The notes beneath the pieces were generated by a model. The model was not told the DNA's origin. It worked only from the letters and a program-made list of their open reading frames with translations, and did no database searches. The position numbers and the translations under genes were made by a program. A DNA stretch of 64,000 bases, from positions 544,001-608,000 of the forward strand of contig CAXXMU010000001.1 in the NCBI GenBank assembly GCA_963667785.2, in the 5' to 3' direction. The stretch is from Alphaproteobacteria bacterium. GTDB taxonomy: Bacteria; Pseudomonadota; Alphaproteobacteria; UBA828. Positions within the stretch are counted from its first letter, which is position 1. Each line of letters starts with the position of its first letter. Of the stretch, positions 10,766 through 21,139 are shown in pieces.

Positions 10766-10960
10766 GATCCGCCTCTCTCGAATGTCTGTCCCGTATGACG
10801 CATGCCACGGTCCAATCCTTGGTGGCGTCCCCAGGGCAGGCGTAAGCCAGCAACAAAAGACGGAGGTGTTGATCAGCACGTGGATTGGACGCCGATCGGC
10901 GTCCTAACTCGTTGATTTTGCGTGACACAGTTGGGTCAAGGTTGGGTGCCGAACAACACG

Positions 10961-11029
10961 TTCACCCTCGATCAGGGCGTCGTGCAGAGCCGCCACCCTG
11001 GCTTCGTGCTCCTCGAGCAGTCGCAGCCC
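10961..11029 (-). pseudogene. Fragment of a ParD (CC2985-like ribbon-helix-helix) antitoxin
   Basis: Reads GLRLLEEHEARVAALHDALIEGE, matching the central helix of ParD-type antitoxins; N-terminus and parE are absent. Confidence 0.6.
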
Positions 11030-11039
11030 GACGGCGGGC

Positions 11040-11852
11040 TCAGAGAGGCCACGCCTCCTCGAGCACGCCGCCGCGCCGCAGCACGCCCACACGGCGCGCG
11101 AGCCCGGTCTCGTCGTCGGTCTCCACCAGCACGGCACAGAGGGTGGCATCGCCCAGGGCGGGCGCCGCGCGGGGGCCCGGGCGCTTGCGCGTGAAGCGGG
11201 CGAGCGGAGCGTCCACGGCGAGGCCGATGATCGAATCGTAAGCGCCGCACATGCCGACATCCGAGATATAGGCGGTTCCCTTCGGCAGGATGCGCTGGTC
11301 GGCCGTCGGCACGTGGGTGTGGGTGCCCACCACAAGGGAGACCCGGCCGTCCGCCAGGTAGGCGAGCGCCTGCTTCTCGGCCGTCGCCTCGCCGTGGACA
11401 TCGAGCACGATCGCATCCGCCGATTGGCCGAGGCGATGCTCCTGCAGCGTCTCCTCGACGCAGGCGAAGGGCTCGCCGATCGGGTCCATGAAGAGCTGGG
11501 TCAGCACCTGGAAGACGAAGACCGAGCGGCCGTCCCGCGTGCGCAGCAGCGCGCCGGCGCTGCCCGGCGTCCCCTTCGGGTAGTTGCGGGCGCGGATCAG
11601 CCGCCGGTCGGTCTCGATATAGCTCTCGGTCCCGCGCTGGTCCCAGGCGTGGTTGCCGAGGGTGATCACGTCGGCGCCCACCTGGTAGAGGGTCTTGCAG
11701 ATCTCGGGCGTGATGCCGAAGCCGCCGGCGGCGTTCTCGCCGTTCACGATCACCAGGTCGAGGGCGAGCTCCTCGCGCAGGCCCGGCAGACGCTCCGCCA
11801 GGATGTCGCGACCGGAGCGGCCGACCACGTCGCCGCAGAAGAGGATGCGCAT
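11040..11852 (-). CDS. TIGR00282/YmdB family metallophosphoesterase
   Basis: MRILFCGDVVGRSGR, NGENAAGGFGIT, DVHGEATAEK, VGTHTHVPTAD. Confidence 0.93.
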   Translation of the reverse strand: MRILFCGDVVGRSGRDILAERLPGLREELALDLVIVNGENAAGGFGITPEICKTLYQVGADVITLGNHAWDQRGTESYIETDRRLIRARNYPKGTPGSAGALLRTRDGRSVFVFQVLTQLFMDPIGEPFACVEETLQEHRLGQSADAIVLDVHGEATAEKQALAYLADGRVSLVVGTHTHVPTADQRILPKGTAYISDVGMCGAYDSIIGLAVDAPLARFTRKRPGPRAAPALGDATLCAVLVETDDETGLARRVGVLRRGGVLEEAWPL

Positions 11853-11877
11853 GCGGTCGCTCTTTCCTCGTTCGACG

Positions 11878-12477
11878 TCAGGCCGCGCGGGGCGGGATCG
11901 GCATGGCGCCGCGCTCGGTCACGATCCAGTCCAGCGGCTCGTCGTGCGGGGCCCGCGGCAGGTCCGGCACGAGCTGTTCGGTATAGGCCATGCCGACGGC
12001 GATGACGCGCCGCTTCGCCCGCAGCGCCCGCAGCGACCGGTCGTAGTAGCCGCCGCCGTAGCCGAGCCGGTAGCCGTCCCTGTCGTAGGCGAGCAGCGGC
12101 ACCAGGAGGTGCGTCGGCTCGGCCGGCGTCGCGCTCTCCGGCGGCTCGGGGATGCGGAAGGGCCCCCGCGACAGCGCGGCCCCCGGCGTCCAGGCGCGAA
12201 AGCGGAGCAGCTCGCCCTTGCCCGCCACCGCCGGCAGGCAGCAGACGAAGCCGGCGCCGACGAGCCGCGCCAGCAGCGGCATGGCGTCGATCTCGTCCCT
12301 GATCGCCCAGTAGCCGGAAACGACCGCGCCGGCGGGCGTGGGAACCACGGCCAGGTAGTGGTTGGCGGCGCGGACGCCGGCACCAGGCCCTGCGGTCCGC
12401 CGTGCGGACCGCCGCCTGGCAAGCGCGTACTCGCGCAGCGCCTGCTTGCGATCCTGGATGGCGGCGCTGTGAGACAC
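11878..12477 (-). CDS. ygfA: 5-formyltetrahydrofolate cyclo-ligase
   Basis: KQALRE, LLVPLLAYDRDGYRLGYGGGYYDR, HDEPLDWIVTE. Confidence 0.93.
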   Translation of the reverse strand: MSHSAAIQDRKQALREYALARRRSARRTAGPGAGVRAANHYLAVVPTPAGAVVSGYWAIRDEIDAMPLLARLVGAGFVCCLPAVAGKGELLRFRAWTPGAALSRGPFRIPEPPESATPAEPTHLLVPLLAYDRDGYRLGYGGGYYDRSLRALRAKRRVIAVGMAYTEQLVPDLPRAPHDEPLDWIVTERGAMPIPPRAA

Positions 12478-12508
12478 GGTCGGGCCCCGGTGCAGGAGAG
12501 GGGGACGG

Positions 12509-12657
12509 CCCCGCCTGAGCCGTCACGCCCAGAGCTTCCTCCAGGCCGAGATGACCAGGTGGGCGCCGTATTGTCGGAACCGCGGCCCCGGCAGGGACAG
12601 CTCCCTTGAAGCGTAAATTGACCGCGGGAAGCAGTCGGCGCGACTAACCCGGCAGGT
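12509..12657 (-). ncRNA. ssrS: 6S RNA
   Basis: Lies in the canonical position between zapA and ygfA. The minus strand contains gggagctgtccctg and atacggcgcccacctg, and the 5' cctgccgggttagtcgcgcc pairs with the 3' gggcgtgacggctcaggcgggg. Ends are approximate. Confidence 0.85.
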
Positions 12658-12674
12658 ACCGTCCGGACCGGAAT

Positions 12675-13028
12675 CTAGTCCTTCTCCAAACGCCCGGCAA
12701 TGCTCTCGATCCGCTCCGCAAGCGCGTCGACGAGCGGTGCGAACCGGGATTCGAACGCCGCCTCCGCATCCTGGCGGGCCTTCCGCTCCACCCGCTTCGT
12801 GTGCGACTGCAGCCGATCGAGCTCGTCGTAGGCATCGGCCAGCTCGTCGGCGACGACGAGGCTGGTCATCACCAGAAGGCGCGCCTCGCCGACCCTGCCG
12901 ACCGAATCCGCGAGCTCGTGGGCGCGGCGGTCGAGATAGGCGGCGAGCTTCGTCACGTGCTCTTCCTGGCCGTCGTCGCAGGAGACCGGGTAACGCCGCC
13001 CGCCGATCGTGACCGCTACCTCGCCCAT
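12675..13028 (-). CDS. zapA: Cell division protein ZapA
   Basis: VAVTIGGRRYPVSCDDGQEEHV, RLLVMTSLVVADEL. Confidence 0.93.
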   Translation of the reverse strand: MGEVAVTIGGRRYPVSCDDGQEEHVTKLAAYLDRRAHELADSVGRVGEARLLVMTSLVVADELADAYDELDRLQSHTKRVERKARQDAEAAFESRFAPLVDALAERIESIAGRLEKD

Positions 13029-13037
13029 CGTCGCGTC

Positions 13038-13349
13038 CTACACGCCGAGGATCGCACGGAGCGAGCCGATCGCGTCGTCGAGCCGCTCGGCCACCGCTTC
13101 GTTGGTCTGGCGTGCGGCGGTCTGGCGCTCCCTTGCATCCTCGAGTGCCAGCGCGAGCCGCGCCCGCTCCGACCTGAGGCCCTCGACATCGGCGCGTAAG
13201 GCGTCCCGCTCGCGCTCGACCTCGGCGACCGCGCCGGCCGGCGCCGGATCAGGCGCGCTCCCAGCCTGGAGATGACCATTCGCGAGTGCCTTGTCGAGGC
13301 GGTCGACGGCTTGCTCGAGTCGGGCGCTCGCCTTCTTCAGATCGGACAT
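13038..13349 (-). CDS. Coiled-coil protein upstream of zapA (DUF4164/ZauP-like)
   Basis: MSDLKKASARLEQAVDRLDKAL...VAERLDDAIGSLRAIL; conserved position. Confidence 0.75.
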   Translation of the reverse strand: MSDLKKASARLEQAVDRLDKALANGHLQAGSAPDPAPAGAVAEVERERDALRADVEGLRSERARLALALEDARERQTAARQTNEAVAERLDDAIGSLRAILGV

Positions 13350-13486
13350 GACGAAGGCGCCATTTATTATTCTGCGGGCTGCAAAACTTGTCTCCCTCCC
13401 AGGCCCGCGCGAAGACAGTAGAACGCCCGCCCGGCAAGCGTCAACTCGCACCGCGCCGCACCGCGCCGTGGCGTCGCCGGCCCGGC

Positions 13487-15016
13487 TCAGTCGAGATAGC
13501 GCCGCTGCAGGTGCGCCTTGAAGACCGCCGTGGAGAGCGGTGTGCCGGTCGCGCGTTCCAGCAGCGCCGGCCCGTCGTGACGGGAGGCGAGGCGGTGAAC
13601 GTTGACCTGAAGCCAGCCGAGGAGCGGCCTGAAATCGCCCCGCTCGATCGCCTGCCACAGGTCCGGCTCGTCGCAGGCGGCGGCGGCGAAGAACTGCGCC
13701 GCCATCAGCGCGCCGACCGTGTAGCTCGGGAAGTAGCCGAACTCGCCCACCGACCAGTGGATGTCCTGCAGGCAGCCCTCCGCGTGGCAGCGGGGCCGCA
13801 GCCCGAGCAGGGACTCGTGGATATCGGCCCAGGCGCCCGGAATCTCGTCGCAGGCCAGATCGTCTGCGACGAGCGCACGCTCCAGCCGGTAGCGCAGCAT
13901 GATGTGGGCCGGGTACGTCACCTCGTCGGCGTCCACCCTGATGTATCCGGGCTCAACATGGATCGCCCGCCTGTAAAGCGCGTCCGCATCGCATGCCGCC
14001 GCGCCCTCGCCGCCGAGATGCTCGTGCAGAAGCGGCGCGAGGAAGCGCATGAAGGGGCGGCTGCGGCAGGCCTGCATCTCGATCAGGAGCGACTGGCTCT
14101 CGTGGAGCGCCATGCCCGCGGCCCGGCCCACCGGCTGGTAGCGCCAGTCTTCCGGCAGCCCCGCTTCGTAGAGGGCGTGGCCGGTCTCGTGCAGGACCCC
14201 CATCAGGCCGGTGAGCGCGTCGGCCTCGTCGTAGCGGGTCGTGATGCGGATGTCGCCGGCGCTGCCGCCGCAGAAGGGATGAAGGCTGACATCGAGGCGC
14301 CCGTGCTCGAAGTCGAAGCCGAGCGCGCCCATCAGGTGCCGGGCGAGTGCCTGCTGCGCGGCGACCGGAGCGGCGACCGGTGGCGGCGGCGGGGTGCCGC
14401 CCGCCTGCTTCTCGCGCACGCGGCCGAGGAGCTCGGGAAGGAACGCCGCCAGGTCGTCGAACAGGGGATCGACGACGGCGGTGCCAAGGCCCGGTTCGTG
14501 TGACTCCATCAAGGCGTCGTAGGGCGCATGACCGAGCGCCTCGCCGAGCGCCGCCGCCTTCTCGCGGACCAGCCCCAGCAAGGGCGCGAAGGCGGCCGCG
14601 AAGGCGGTAAAGTCGCTCGCCGGCCGCGCCTCGCGCCACACCATCTCGCAGTGCGACGCGGCCTCGCTCAGCGCCGCGACCAGGTCCGCCGGCAGCGCTG
14701 TCGCCTCGCGCCAGCGCCGCCGCATGCGCGCGAGATTGGCCCGTTGCCAGTCGTCGAGCGCGCCGTCGCCTGCGGCGGCGTCCGCTTCCGTCTCGGCCAC
14801 GCCCAGCAGGTCGCCGACGCGGGCATCGGTCAGCATCTCGTGGCGGATCAGGGCCAGCTCGGCGAGCTGGGCGGACCGCGCCTCGGCGCCGCCCGGCGGC
14901 ATCATCGTCGCCCAGTCCCAGTGCAGCATCGAAGCCGCGCCCGAGAGGAGGCCGAGGCGCCGGAAGCGGGCCTCCAGCGCACCATAGGCGCTCGCGTCGC
15001 GCGCGGTCCCGCTCAC
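13487..15016 (-). CDS. Carboxypeptidase, family M32
   Basis: HPFCGG, DIRITTRY, HETGH, HESQS, IRVDADEVTY, GCLQDIHW, GYFPSYT. Confidence 0.95.
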   Translation of the reverse strand: MSGTARDASAYGALEARFRRLGLLSGAASMLHWDWATMMPPGGAEARSAQLAELALIRHEMLTDARVGDLLGVAETEADAAAGDGALDDWQRANLARMRRRWREATALPADLVAALSEAASHCEMVWREARPASDFTAFAAAFAPLLGLVREKAAALGEALGHAPYDALMESHEPGLGTAVVDPLFDDLAAFLPELLGRVREKQAGGTPPPPPVAAPVAAQQALARHLMGALGFDFEHGRLDVSLHPFCGGSAGDIRITTRYDEADALTGLMGVLHETGHALYEAGLPEDWRYQPVGRAAGMALHESQSLLIEMQACRSRPFMRFLAPLLHEHLGGEGAAACDADALYRRAIHVEPGYIRVDADEVTYPAHIMLRYRLERALVADDLACDEIPGAWADIHESLLGLRPRCHAEGCLQDIHWSVGEFGYFPSYTVGALMAAQFFAAAACDEPDLWQAIERGDFRPLLGWLQVNVHRLASRHDGPALLERATGTPLSTAVFKAHLQRRYLD

Positions 15017-15017
15017 G

Positions 15018-15779
15018 TCACCCGGCTCGCCCGCCGCTCTCGTTGGCGTCGTCCGGGCGTCGGCCGCGGCGCATGAAGATCGCGTAGATGACCGCGAGGC
15101 TCACGGCGAGCGCGTACCAGATGACGATGTACTGCATGTGCTCACTGCGCAGCTCGACCTTGGTCTGCCCGCCGATCGGCAGCCCGCCCGGGTTGGGCGC
15201 CGGGCCCGCATCGACCAGGAAGGCGGGCGCGGGAATGCCCGCCTTGGCCGCGAGCGAGTCGGTGTCGGTCCAGAACCAGAGGTTGTGCTCGGGCTCGTTG
15301 TCGGGGGTGAACCAGCCGGCCCGACCGGCGGGGACGACGACGCCTTCGAGGCGGATCGTGCCCCGGATCTGGCCGCCGAGCCGGGTCGCCGGATCCTTGC
15401 TCTCCAGCGGCACCCAGCCGCGGTTCACCAGCACCGCCGCGCCGCCCTCGCGCTCGAAGGGCGTGACGATCTGATAGCCAACCCGGCGGTCGAAGGTGCG
15501 GGCGGCGAGGAACATCTCCGCCTCGTGGTCGAAGCGGCCCTCGAGCCAGACCCGGTGCCAGGCGAGGGAGGCCGCATCGTCGAGAGCGGCGGGCAGCATG
15601 ACCGCCTCCGCCTGGAACCGGGAGAGACGCTCCTCGTTAAGCTCGGTCTTCCACATCAGGCGATGGACCTGCCAGGAGCCGAGCGCCAGCAGGATCATGA
15701 TGGCCGGGATCGCGAACCACGTCGCCCTCCGGCGGGCGCGCGCGCTCGGCGCCTGCGGGCGGGCATTGTCGTCACTCAC
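15018..15779 (-). CDS. SURF1 family cytochrome oxidase assembly protein
   Basis: LGSWQVHRLMWK, VLVNRGWVP, HMQYIVIWYALA. Confidence 0.93.
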   Translation of the reverse strand: MSDDNARPQAPSARARRRATWFAIPAIMILLALGSWQVHRLMWKTELNEERLSRFQAEAVMLPAALDDAASLAWHRVWLEGRFDHEAEMFLAARTFDRRVGYQIVTPFEREGGAAVLVNRGWVPLESKDPATRLGGQIRGTIRLEGVVVPAGRAGWFTPDNEPEHNLWFWTDTDSLAAKAGIPAPAFLVDAGPAPNPGGLPIGGQTKVELRSEHMQYIVIWYALAVSLAVIYAIFMRRGRRPDDANESGGRAG

Positions 15780-16143
15780 CAAAGCCGGCGGCCCTGTGCC
15801 TGTACTGGAGCGCGATCAGGAGCGCCTTGGCGGGCCTGAGCAGGACCAGGCTGCCGATGGTGATCGCCGGCAGCCAGAGCACGGCGTGGAGCCAGTAGGG
15901 CGGCGCGTGGGTGAACTCCAGCCAGAAGGCGAGCGCGACGACCACCGCGCCGACGATGAACATGACGAAGACCGCCGGCCCGTCGGCGCTGTCGTGCTGC
16001 TTCAGCTCGAACCCGCAGGCGCCGCAGCGGTCGGCGACCCGCAGGTAGCCGGCGAACAGCTTGCCGCGCCCGCAGCGGGGACAGCGGAAGAGAAACCCGG
16101 CCTTCAGGACCGAAACAGATGGATAGTAGGTGCCATCCGTCAT
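15772..16143 (-). CDS. DUF983 family protein
   Basis: RCPRCGRGKLF..YL.V...C..CG, DSADGPA; position in cox operon. Confidence 0.85.
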   Translation of the reverse strand: MTDGTYYPSVSVLKAGFLFRCPRCGRGKLFAGYLRVADRCGACGFELKQHDSADGPAVFVMFIVGAVVVALAFWLEFTHAPPYWLHAVLWLPAITIGSLVLLRPAKALLIALQYRHRAAGFGE

Positions 16144-16153
16144 GCCGTCCCGA

Positions 16154-16957
16154 TCAACCGCCCCACCAGTAGATCCAGATGAACAGGAACAGCCAGACCA
16201 CGTCGACGAAGTGCCAGTACCAGGCCGCGGCCTCCAGCCCGATATGCTGGTCCGGCTTGAACTGCTTCTTCAGCGCCCGATAGAGGCAGACCGCGAGGAA
16301 GATCGCGCCGACGGTGACGTGGAAGCCGTGGAAGCCCGTCGCCATGAAGAAGGTGGAGGGATAGATGCCCTCGCGGAAGCCGAAGGCCGCATGCGCGTAC
16401 TCGTAGCCCTGCACGCCGATGAAGGCGACGCCGAGCGCAACGGTGAGCGCGAGCCCGTAGACCAGCTGCTGCTGGTTGCCGTGGCGGAGCGCATGGTGCG
16501 CCCAGGTCACGGTGGCGCCCGAGGTCAGCAGAAGCAGCGTGTTGACGAAGGGGAGTCGCCAGGCGGGGATGGTCTCGACCCCCGGCGGCGGCCAGGTGTT
16601 CGCGATCACGTCGGGCGGCATGATCGCGGCGTTGAAGAACGCCCAGAAGAACGCCGCGAAGAACATCACCTCCGAGGCGATGAAGAGCACCATGCCGAAG
16701 CGGAGCCCCCTCTGAACGACCTGGGTGTGCTCGTTCTCGACGAGCGCCTCGCGGATCACGTCGCGCCACCAGAAGTACATGGTGAGCAGGACGATGACCC
16801 CGCCGATGGTCATCAGCCAGAGCTGGCCGGTGTGCATGTAGATGACCACGCCGCCGAGTCCCAGACCGCCGCCGCCGAGGGCGCCGATGACCGGCCACGG
16901 GCTCGGCTTCACCATGTGGTATTCGTGGTTCGCGGTACCGTGTGCGCTATCCGCCAT
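16154..16957 (-). CDS. ctaE: Cytochrome c oxidase subunit III
   Basis: HEYHMVKPSPWP, LFIASEVMFF, TGFHGFHV, AAWYWHFVDVVW. Confidence 0.97.
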   Translation of the reverse strand: MADSAHGTANHEYHMVKPSPWPVIGALGGGGLGLGGVVIYMHTGQLWLMTIGGVIVLLTMYFWWRDVIREALVENEHTQVVQRGLRFGMVLFIASEVMFFAAFFWAFFNAAIMPPDVIANTWPPPGVETIPAWRLPFVNTLLLLTSGATVTWAHHALRHGNQQQLVYGLALTVALGVAFIGVQGYEYAHAAFGFREGIYPSTFFMATGFHGFHVTVGAIFLAVCLYRALKKQFKPDQHIGLEAAAWYWHFVDVVWLFLFIWIYWWGG

Positions 16958-17552
16958 ACCTGAACTCGCTCCCTGGTCTGGGGCTCGCCGCGTCGGGGGC
17001 GCTCGCGTCGGCGGCATCCGGCGCCATCGCGGTTTCCGTGCTGCCCTCTCCGCGTGCAAAGAACGTGTAGGACAAGGTGATCGTGGTCACGTCATCGAGC
17101 CGGCGATCCTCCACGATTTCGGGATCGACGAAGAACGAGACCGGAAAGTCGGCGCGCTCACCCGGGGCGAGCAGCTGCTCCTCGAAGCAGAAGCACTCGA
17201 TCTTGTTGAAATAGGCGCCGGCCTTCACCGGCGTCACGTTGAAGGTGGACGTGCCGACGAGCGCGCGGTCCGAGCGGTTCTGGGCATTGTAGACGGCCAT
17301 GGCCATCTCGCCCACGCGCACCGTCATCTCGCGCTGCTCGGGCTTGAAGTGCCACGGCAGGTCGCGGGCGGTGTCGGCGTTGAAGCGGACCGTCACCACG
17401 CGCTCGCCGATGGCGACGGGTGCTTCCTCCGCCACCTGCGTGGTGCCGCCGAAGCCGGTGACCTGACAGAAGAGCCGGTAGAGCGGCACCGCGGCAAACG
17501 AGAGGCCCACCATGCCGCACACCACCCCGCCGAGGATCAGCGCGGTCGCCAT
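16947..17552 (-). CDS. ctaG: Cytochrome c oxidase assembly copper chaperone CtaG/Cox11; true start may be 17602 across a 1-bp indel
   Basis: FAAVPLYRLFCQVTGFGGTT, YFNKIECFCFEEQ. Confidence 0.95.
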   Translation of the reverse strand: MATALILGGVVCGMVGLSFAAVPLYRLFCQVTGFGGTTQVAEEAPVAIGERVVTVRFNADTARDLPWHFKPEQREMTVRVGEMAMAVYNAQNRSDRALVGTSTFNVTPVKAGAYFNKIECFCFEEQLLAPGERADFPVSFFVDPEIVEDRRLDDVTTITLSYTFFARGEGSTETAMAPDAADASAPDAASPRPGSEFRYGG

Positions 17553-17603
17553 GCGCCGCCGGCCGGCAGCGCGTGCGGCGTGCGGGGCGCCTCGGCCGCC
17601 ATC

Positions 17604-17738
17604 CTATTCGCCCCCCATCCTGACGATGGTGATGAGATAGAACAGGATCGCGAGCGCCAGCAGCGCGCCGCCGAGCGCGAAGTTGCGGACCTTGCGCCGC
17701 CGCTCCGTGTCCCGGTCCTTCACGACACCGCCCCTCAT
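17604..17738 (-). CDS. Small membrane protein of cox operon (CoxF-like), 44 aa
   Basis: [44 protein letters not shown]; ATG overlaps the ctaB stop. Confidence 0.75.
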   Translation of the reverse strand: MRGGVVKDRDTERRRKVRNFALGGALLALAILFYLITIVRMGGE

Positions 17739-18652
17739 GGCACGACCGGGACCGGCCATGCGTGATCCGCGAGCAGGAGCGCGAAGAGCGCGAAGAGATA
17801 GAGGATCGACGTGCCGAAGAGCCGCTTGGCGGCGGCGGTGCTGTGGTCGACGAGGACACGGAACGCGCCGGCCGCGAACAGCAGCCCGGCCGCCAGCGCC
17901 CCGATGCCGTAGACCGCGCCCACGTCGCCGGTCGCGCACGGCGCGAGGCTCACGGGCACCAGCAGCAGCGCGTAGGCCACGATCCAGCGCCGGGTGCTGC
18001 GCTCGCCCGCCACCACCGGCAGCATCGGCACGTCGGCGGCCTCGTAGTCGGACGAGCGAACCAGCGCCAGCGCCCAGAAGTGCGGCGGGGTCCAGAGGAA
18101 GACGATGGCGAAGAGCAGCACGGCCGTGAGGTCGATCCCGCCGGTCACCGCAGCCCAGCCGATCATGGGCGGAAAGGCGCCGGCCGCCCCGCCGATCACG
18201 ATGTTCTGCGGCGTGCGCCGCTTCAGCCACATGGTGTAGATCACCACGTAGAAGAAGATCGTGAAGGCGAGCAGCCCGGCCGCGACCCAGTTGACCGCGA
18301 GCCCCATGAGCGCCGTCGAGCCCGCAGACAGCACGATGCCGAGGCCGAGCGCAGCCCCCGGCTCGACCCGCCCCGCCGGGACCGGCCGGGTGCGGGTCCG
18401 CGTCATCACGGCGTCGATGTCCCGGTCGTACCACATGTTGATCGCCGCGGACCCGCCGGCGCCGATGGCGATGCAGAGCACCGCGACCGCCGCGATCAGC
18501 GGGTGGATGGCGCCGGGTGCGATGACGAGGCCGACCGCGCCGGTGAAGACCACCAGCGACATGACCCGCGGCTTCAGCAGCGCCAGCGCGTCGCCGAGCG
18601 CGACCGGTGCCGCAGCGTCCGCGACAGCCGCTCTCGCCGCCGAATCCGTCAT
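17735..18652 (-). CDS. ctaB: Protoheme IX farnesyltransferase (heme o synthase)
   Basis: [46 protein letters not shown]. Confidence 0.97.
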   Translation of the reverse strand: MTDSAARAAVADAAAPVALGDALALLKPRVMSLVVFTGAVGLVIAPGAIHPLIAAVAVLCIAIGAGGSAAINMWYDRDIDAVMTRTRTRPVPAGRVEPGAALGLGIVLSAGSTALMGLAVNWVAAGLLAFTIFFYVVIYTMWLKRRTPQNIVIGGAAGAFPPMIGWAAVTGGIDLTAVLLFAIVFLWTPPHFWALALVRSSDYEAADVPMLPVVAGERSTRRWIVAYALLLVPVSLAPCATGDVGAVYGIGALAAGLLFAAGAFRVLVDHSTAAAKRLFGTSILYLFALFALLLADHAWPVPVVP

Positions 18653-18673
18653 CGCCCGAGCCCCCCGCGCCGC

Positions 18674-20272
18674 CTAGCGGACCCGGGGCAGCTCCTCGTG
18701 GGTGTGGAACGGCGCCGGCGAGGGCACCGTCCATTCCAGGGTCCTCGCGCCCTCGCCCCACGGGTTGGCGGCGCACTTCTTACCCCAGAACAGCGTGTAG
18801 ATGAGGATGTAGATGAACAGGATCAGCCCGGCGGTCGAGATGTAGGCGCCGATCGAGGAGATCAGGTTCCAGCCGGCGTAGGCGTCCGGATAGTCGGGGA
18901 TGCGGCGCGGCATGCCGGAGACGCCGGAGAAGTGCATCGGGAAGAAGGTGAGGTTCACGCCGACAAAAGTGATCCAGAAGTGAATCTTGCCGAGGATCTC
19001 CGGATACTGCCGGCCGCACATCTTGCCGATCCAGTAGTAGAAGGCGCCGAACGCCATGAACACCGCACCCAGTGAGAGCACGTAGTGGAAGTGCCCGACC
19101 ACGTAGTAGGTGTCGTGGAGCGCGCTATCCAGCCCCGCGTTGGCGAGCACGACGCCCGTCACCCCGCCGACGGTGAACAGGAAGATGAAGCCGAAGGCCC
19201 ACAGCATCGGCGTCTTGAACTCGATCGAGCCGCCCCACATGGTGGCGATCCAGCTGAAGATCTTGATGCCCGTCGGCACCGCGATGACCATCGTCGCACC
19301 GATGAAGTACGCCCGCGTATCGACGTCCATGCCCACCGTGAACATGTGGTGCGCCCACACGACGAAGCCGATGAATCCGATGGCGACCATCGCGTAGGCC
19401 ATGCCGAGATAGCCGAAGACCGGCTTCTTCGAGAAGGTGGAGACGATATGGCTCACGATCCCGAAGGCCGGCAGGATCAGGATGTAGACCTCCGGGTGGC
19501 CGAAGAACCAGAAGAGATGCTGGTAGAGGATCGGATCGCCGCCGCCGGCCGCGTCGAAGAAGGCAGTGCCGAAGTTGCGGTCCGTCAGCAGCATCGTGAT
19601 GGCGCCCGCCAGCACCGGCAGCGAGAGCAGCAGCAGGAAGGCGGTCACCAGCACCGACCAGACGAAGAGCGGCAGCTTGTGCATCGTCATGCCCGGCGCG
19701 CGCATGTTCAGAATCGTGGTGATGAAATTGATGGCGCCGAGGATCGACGACGCGCCCGCGAGATGGAGCGCGAAGATGCCGAGGTCCATGGCCGGGCCCA
19801 CATGGCCCGAGGTGGATAGCGGCGCGTAGACCGTCCAGCCCGCTCCAACGCCCGGTCCAGGCCCCCCGTCCACGAACATCGAGGTCACCAGCAGCCCGCC
19901 GGATGGCACCAGCAGCCAGAAGCTGATGTTGTTCATGCGCGGGAAGGCCATGTCCGGCGCGCCGATCATCAGCGGCACGAACCAGTTGCCGAAGCCGCCG
20001 ATGAAGGCGGGCATGATCATGAAGAACACCATGATCAGCCCGTGGCCGGTCACGAAGACGTTGAAGGTGTGCGAATCGGCAAAGATCTGCATGCCGGGCT
20101 CGGCCAGCTCCATCCGCATGAAGATGGAAAGCACCGCGCCCACGATGCCGAACACCACCGCGTAGGCGATGTACATCGTGCCGATGTCTTTGTGGTTGGT
20201 GGAGTAGAGCCACCGCGTGATGCCCCGCGGCATGTGGTCGTGCGCTGCGTGGGCGTGGGCCTGGTCCGCCAT
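18674..20272 (-). CDS. ctaD: Cytochrome c oxidase subunit I
   Basis: [31 protein letters not shown]. Confidence 0.98.
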   Translation of the reverse strand: MADQAHAHAAHDHMPRGITRWLYSTNHKDIGTMYIAYAVVFGIVGAVLSIFMRMELAEPGMQIFADSHTFNVFVTGHGLIMVFFMIMPAFIGGFGNWFVPLMIGAPDMAFPRMNNISFWLLVPSGGLLVTSMFVDGGPGPGVGAGWTVYAPLSTSGHVGPAMDLGIFALHLAGASSILGAINFITTILNMRAPGMTMHKLPLFVWSVLVTAFLLLLSLPVLAGAITMLLTDRNFGTAFFDAAGGGDPILYQHLFWFFGHPEVYILILPAFGIVSHIVSTFSKKPVFGYLGMAYAMVAIGFIGFVVWAHHMFTVGMDVDTRAYFIGATMVIAVPTGIKIFSWIATMWGGSIEFKTPMLWAFGFIFLFTVGGVTGVVLANAGLDSALHDTYYVVGHFHYVLSLGAVFMAFGAFYYWIGKMCGRQYPEILGKIHFWITFVGVNLTFFPMHFSGVSGMPRRIPDYPDAYAGWNLISSIGAYISTAGLILFIYILIYTLFWGKKCAANPWGEGARTLEWTVPSPAPFHTHEELPRVR

Positions 20273-20287
20273 GGCCTCTCTCCTTCC

Positions 20288-21139
20288 TCAGCGCGCCGAA
20301 AGCGCGCCCGCGTCGAGCGCCGCAACCGCGGTCGGGGCCTCGTCCGCCGCTGCGTATTCTTCTTGCGCCTCTACGACCCAGGCGTCGAAGTCCTCCTGCG
20401 ACACCGCCTCGATCATGATCGGCATGAAGCCGTGCAGGGTGCCGCAGAGCTCCGAGCACTGCCCGTAATACATGCCCTCGCGGTTGATCTGGAACCAGGT
20501 CTCGTTGACCCGGCCGGGCACGGAATCCATCTTCACGCCGAGCGCCGGCACCGCCCAGGAGTGGATCACGTCGTCGGCCGTCGTCAGCAGCCTGATCTTG
20601 GCGCCCACCGGCAGCACCACCGCCGTGTCGGTCGCCAGCAGGCGGGGCTGGCCCTCCTCCAGCTCGTCGTCCTCCAGCATGATCGCGTCGAAGGTGAAGT
20701 CGCCGTGATCGGGATACTCGTAGGACCAGTACCACTGGTGGCCGATCGCCTTGAGCGTCATGTCGGCCACCTCCACCCTGTCGGTGAAGTAGAGGAGCCG
20801 GAACGAGGGGACCGCGATGACGAGCAGGATGATCACCGGCACCACGGTCCAGGTCACCTCGAGCAGGGTGTTGTGGGTGGTCTTCGACGGCGTCGGGTTC
20901 CGCTTCTTGTTGTAGCGGACCACGATCCACGCCATCAGGCCCAGGACGAAGGCCGAGATGATCACGATGATGATCGTCACCATGAGGTTGAAGTCGACGA
21001 TACGCTCCATGGAGGGCGAGAGCGCCTCCTGAAAGTCGACTTCCCAGTCGGCCGGCTGCTGCGCCACCGCCGTTGCGGCAGCCCCGAGGGCGCCCGCCAG
21101 GCCGGCAAGCGCCGCGCCAACTATTGCGAGATGCCTCAC
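20288..21139 (-). CDS. ctaC: Cytochrome c oxidase subunit II
   Basis: GHQWYWSYEY, DVIHSWAVP, CuA motif CSELCGTLHGFM; GTG start inferred. Confidence 0.97.
   Translation of the reverse strand: MRHLAIVGAALAGLAGALGAAATAVAQQPADWEVDFQEALSPSMERIVDFNLMVTIIIVIISAFVLGLMAWIVVRYNKKRNPTPSKTTHNTLLEVTWTVVPVIILLVIAVPSFRLLYFTDRVEVADMTLKAIGHQWYWSYEYPDHGDFTFDAIMLEDDELEEGQPRLLATDTAVVLPVGAKIRLLTTADDVIHSWAVPALGVKMDSVPGRVNETWFQINREGMYYGQCSELCGTLHGFMPIMIEAVSQEDFDAWVVEAQEEYAAADEAPTAVAALDAGALSAR

Noticed and set aside
10900-10940. dif site or tRNA attachment site
   Set aside because: No XerD arm (TTATGTTAAAT-like) and no tRNA cloverleaf visible.
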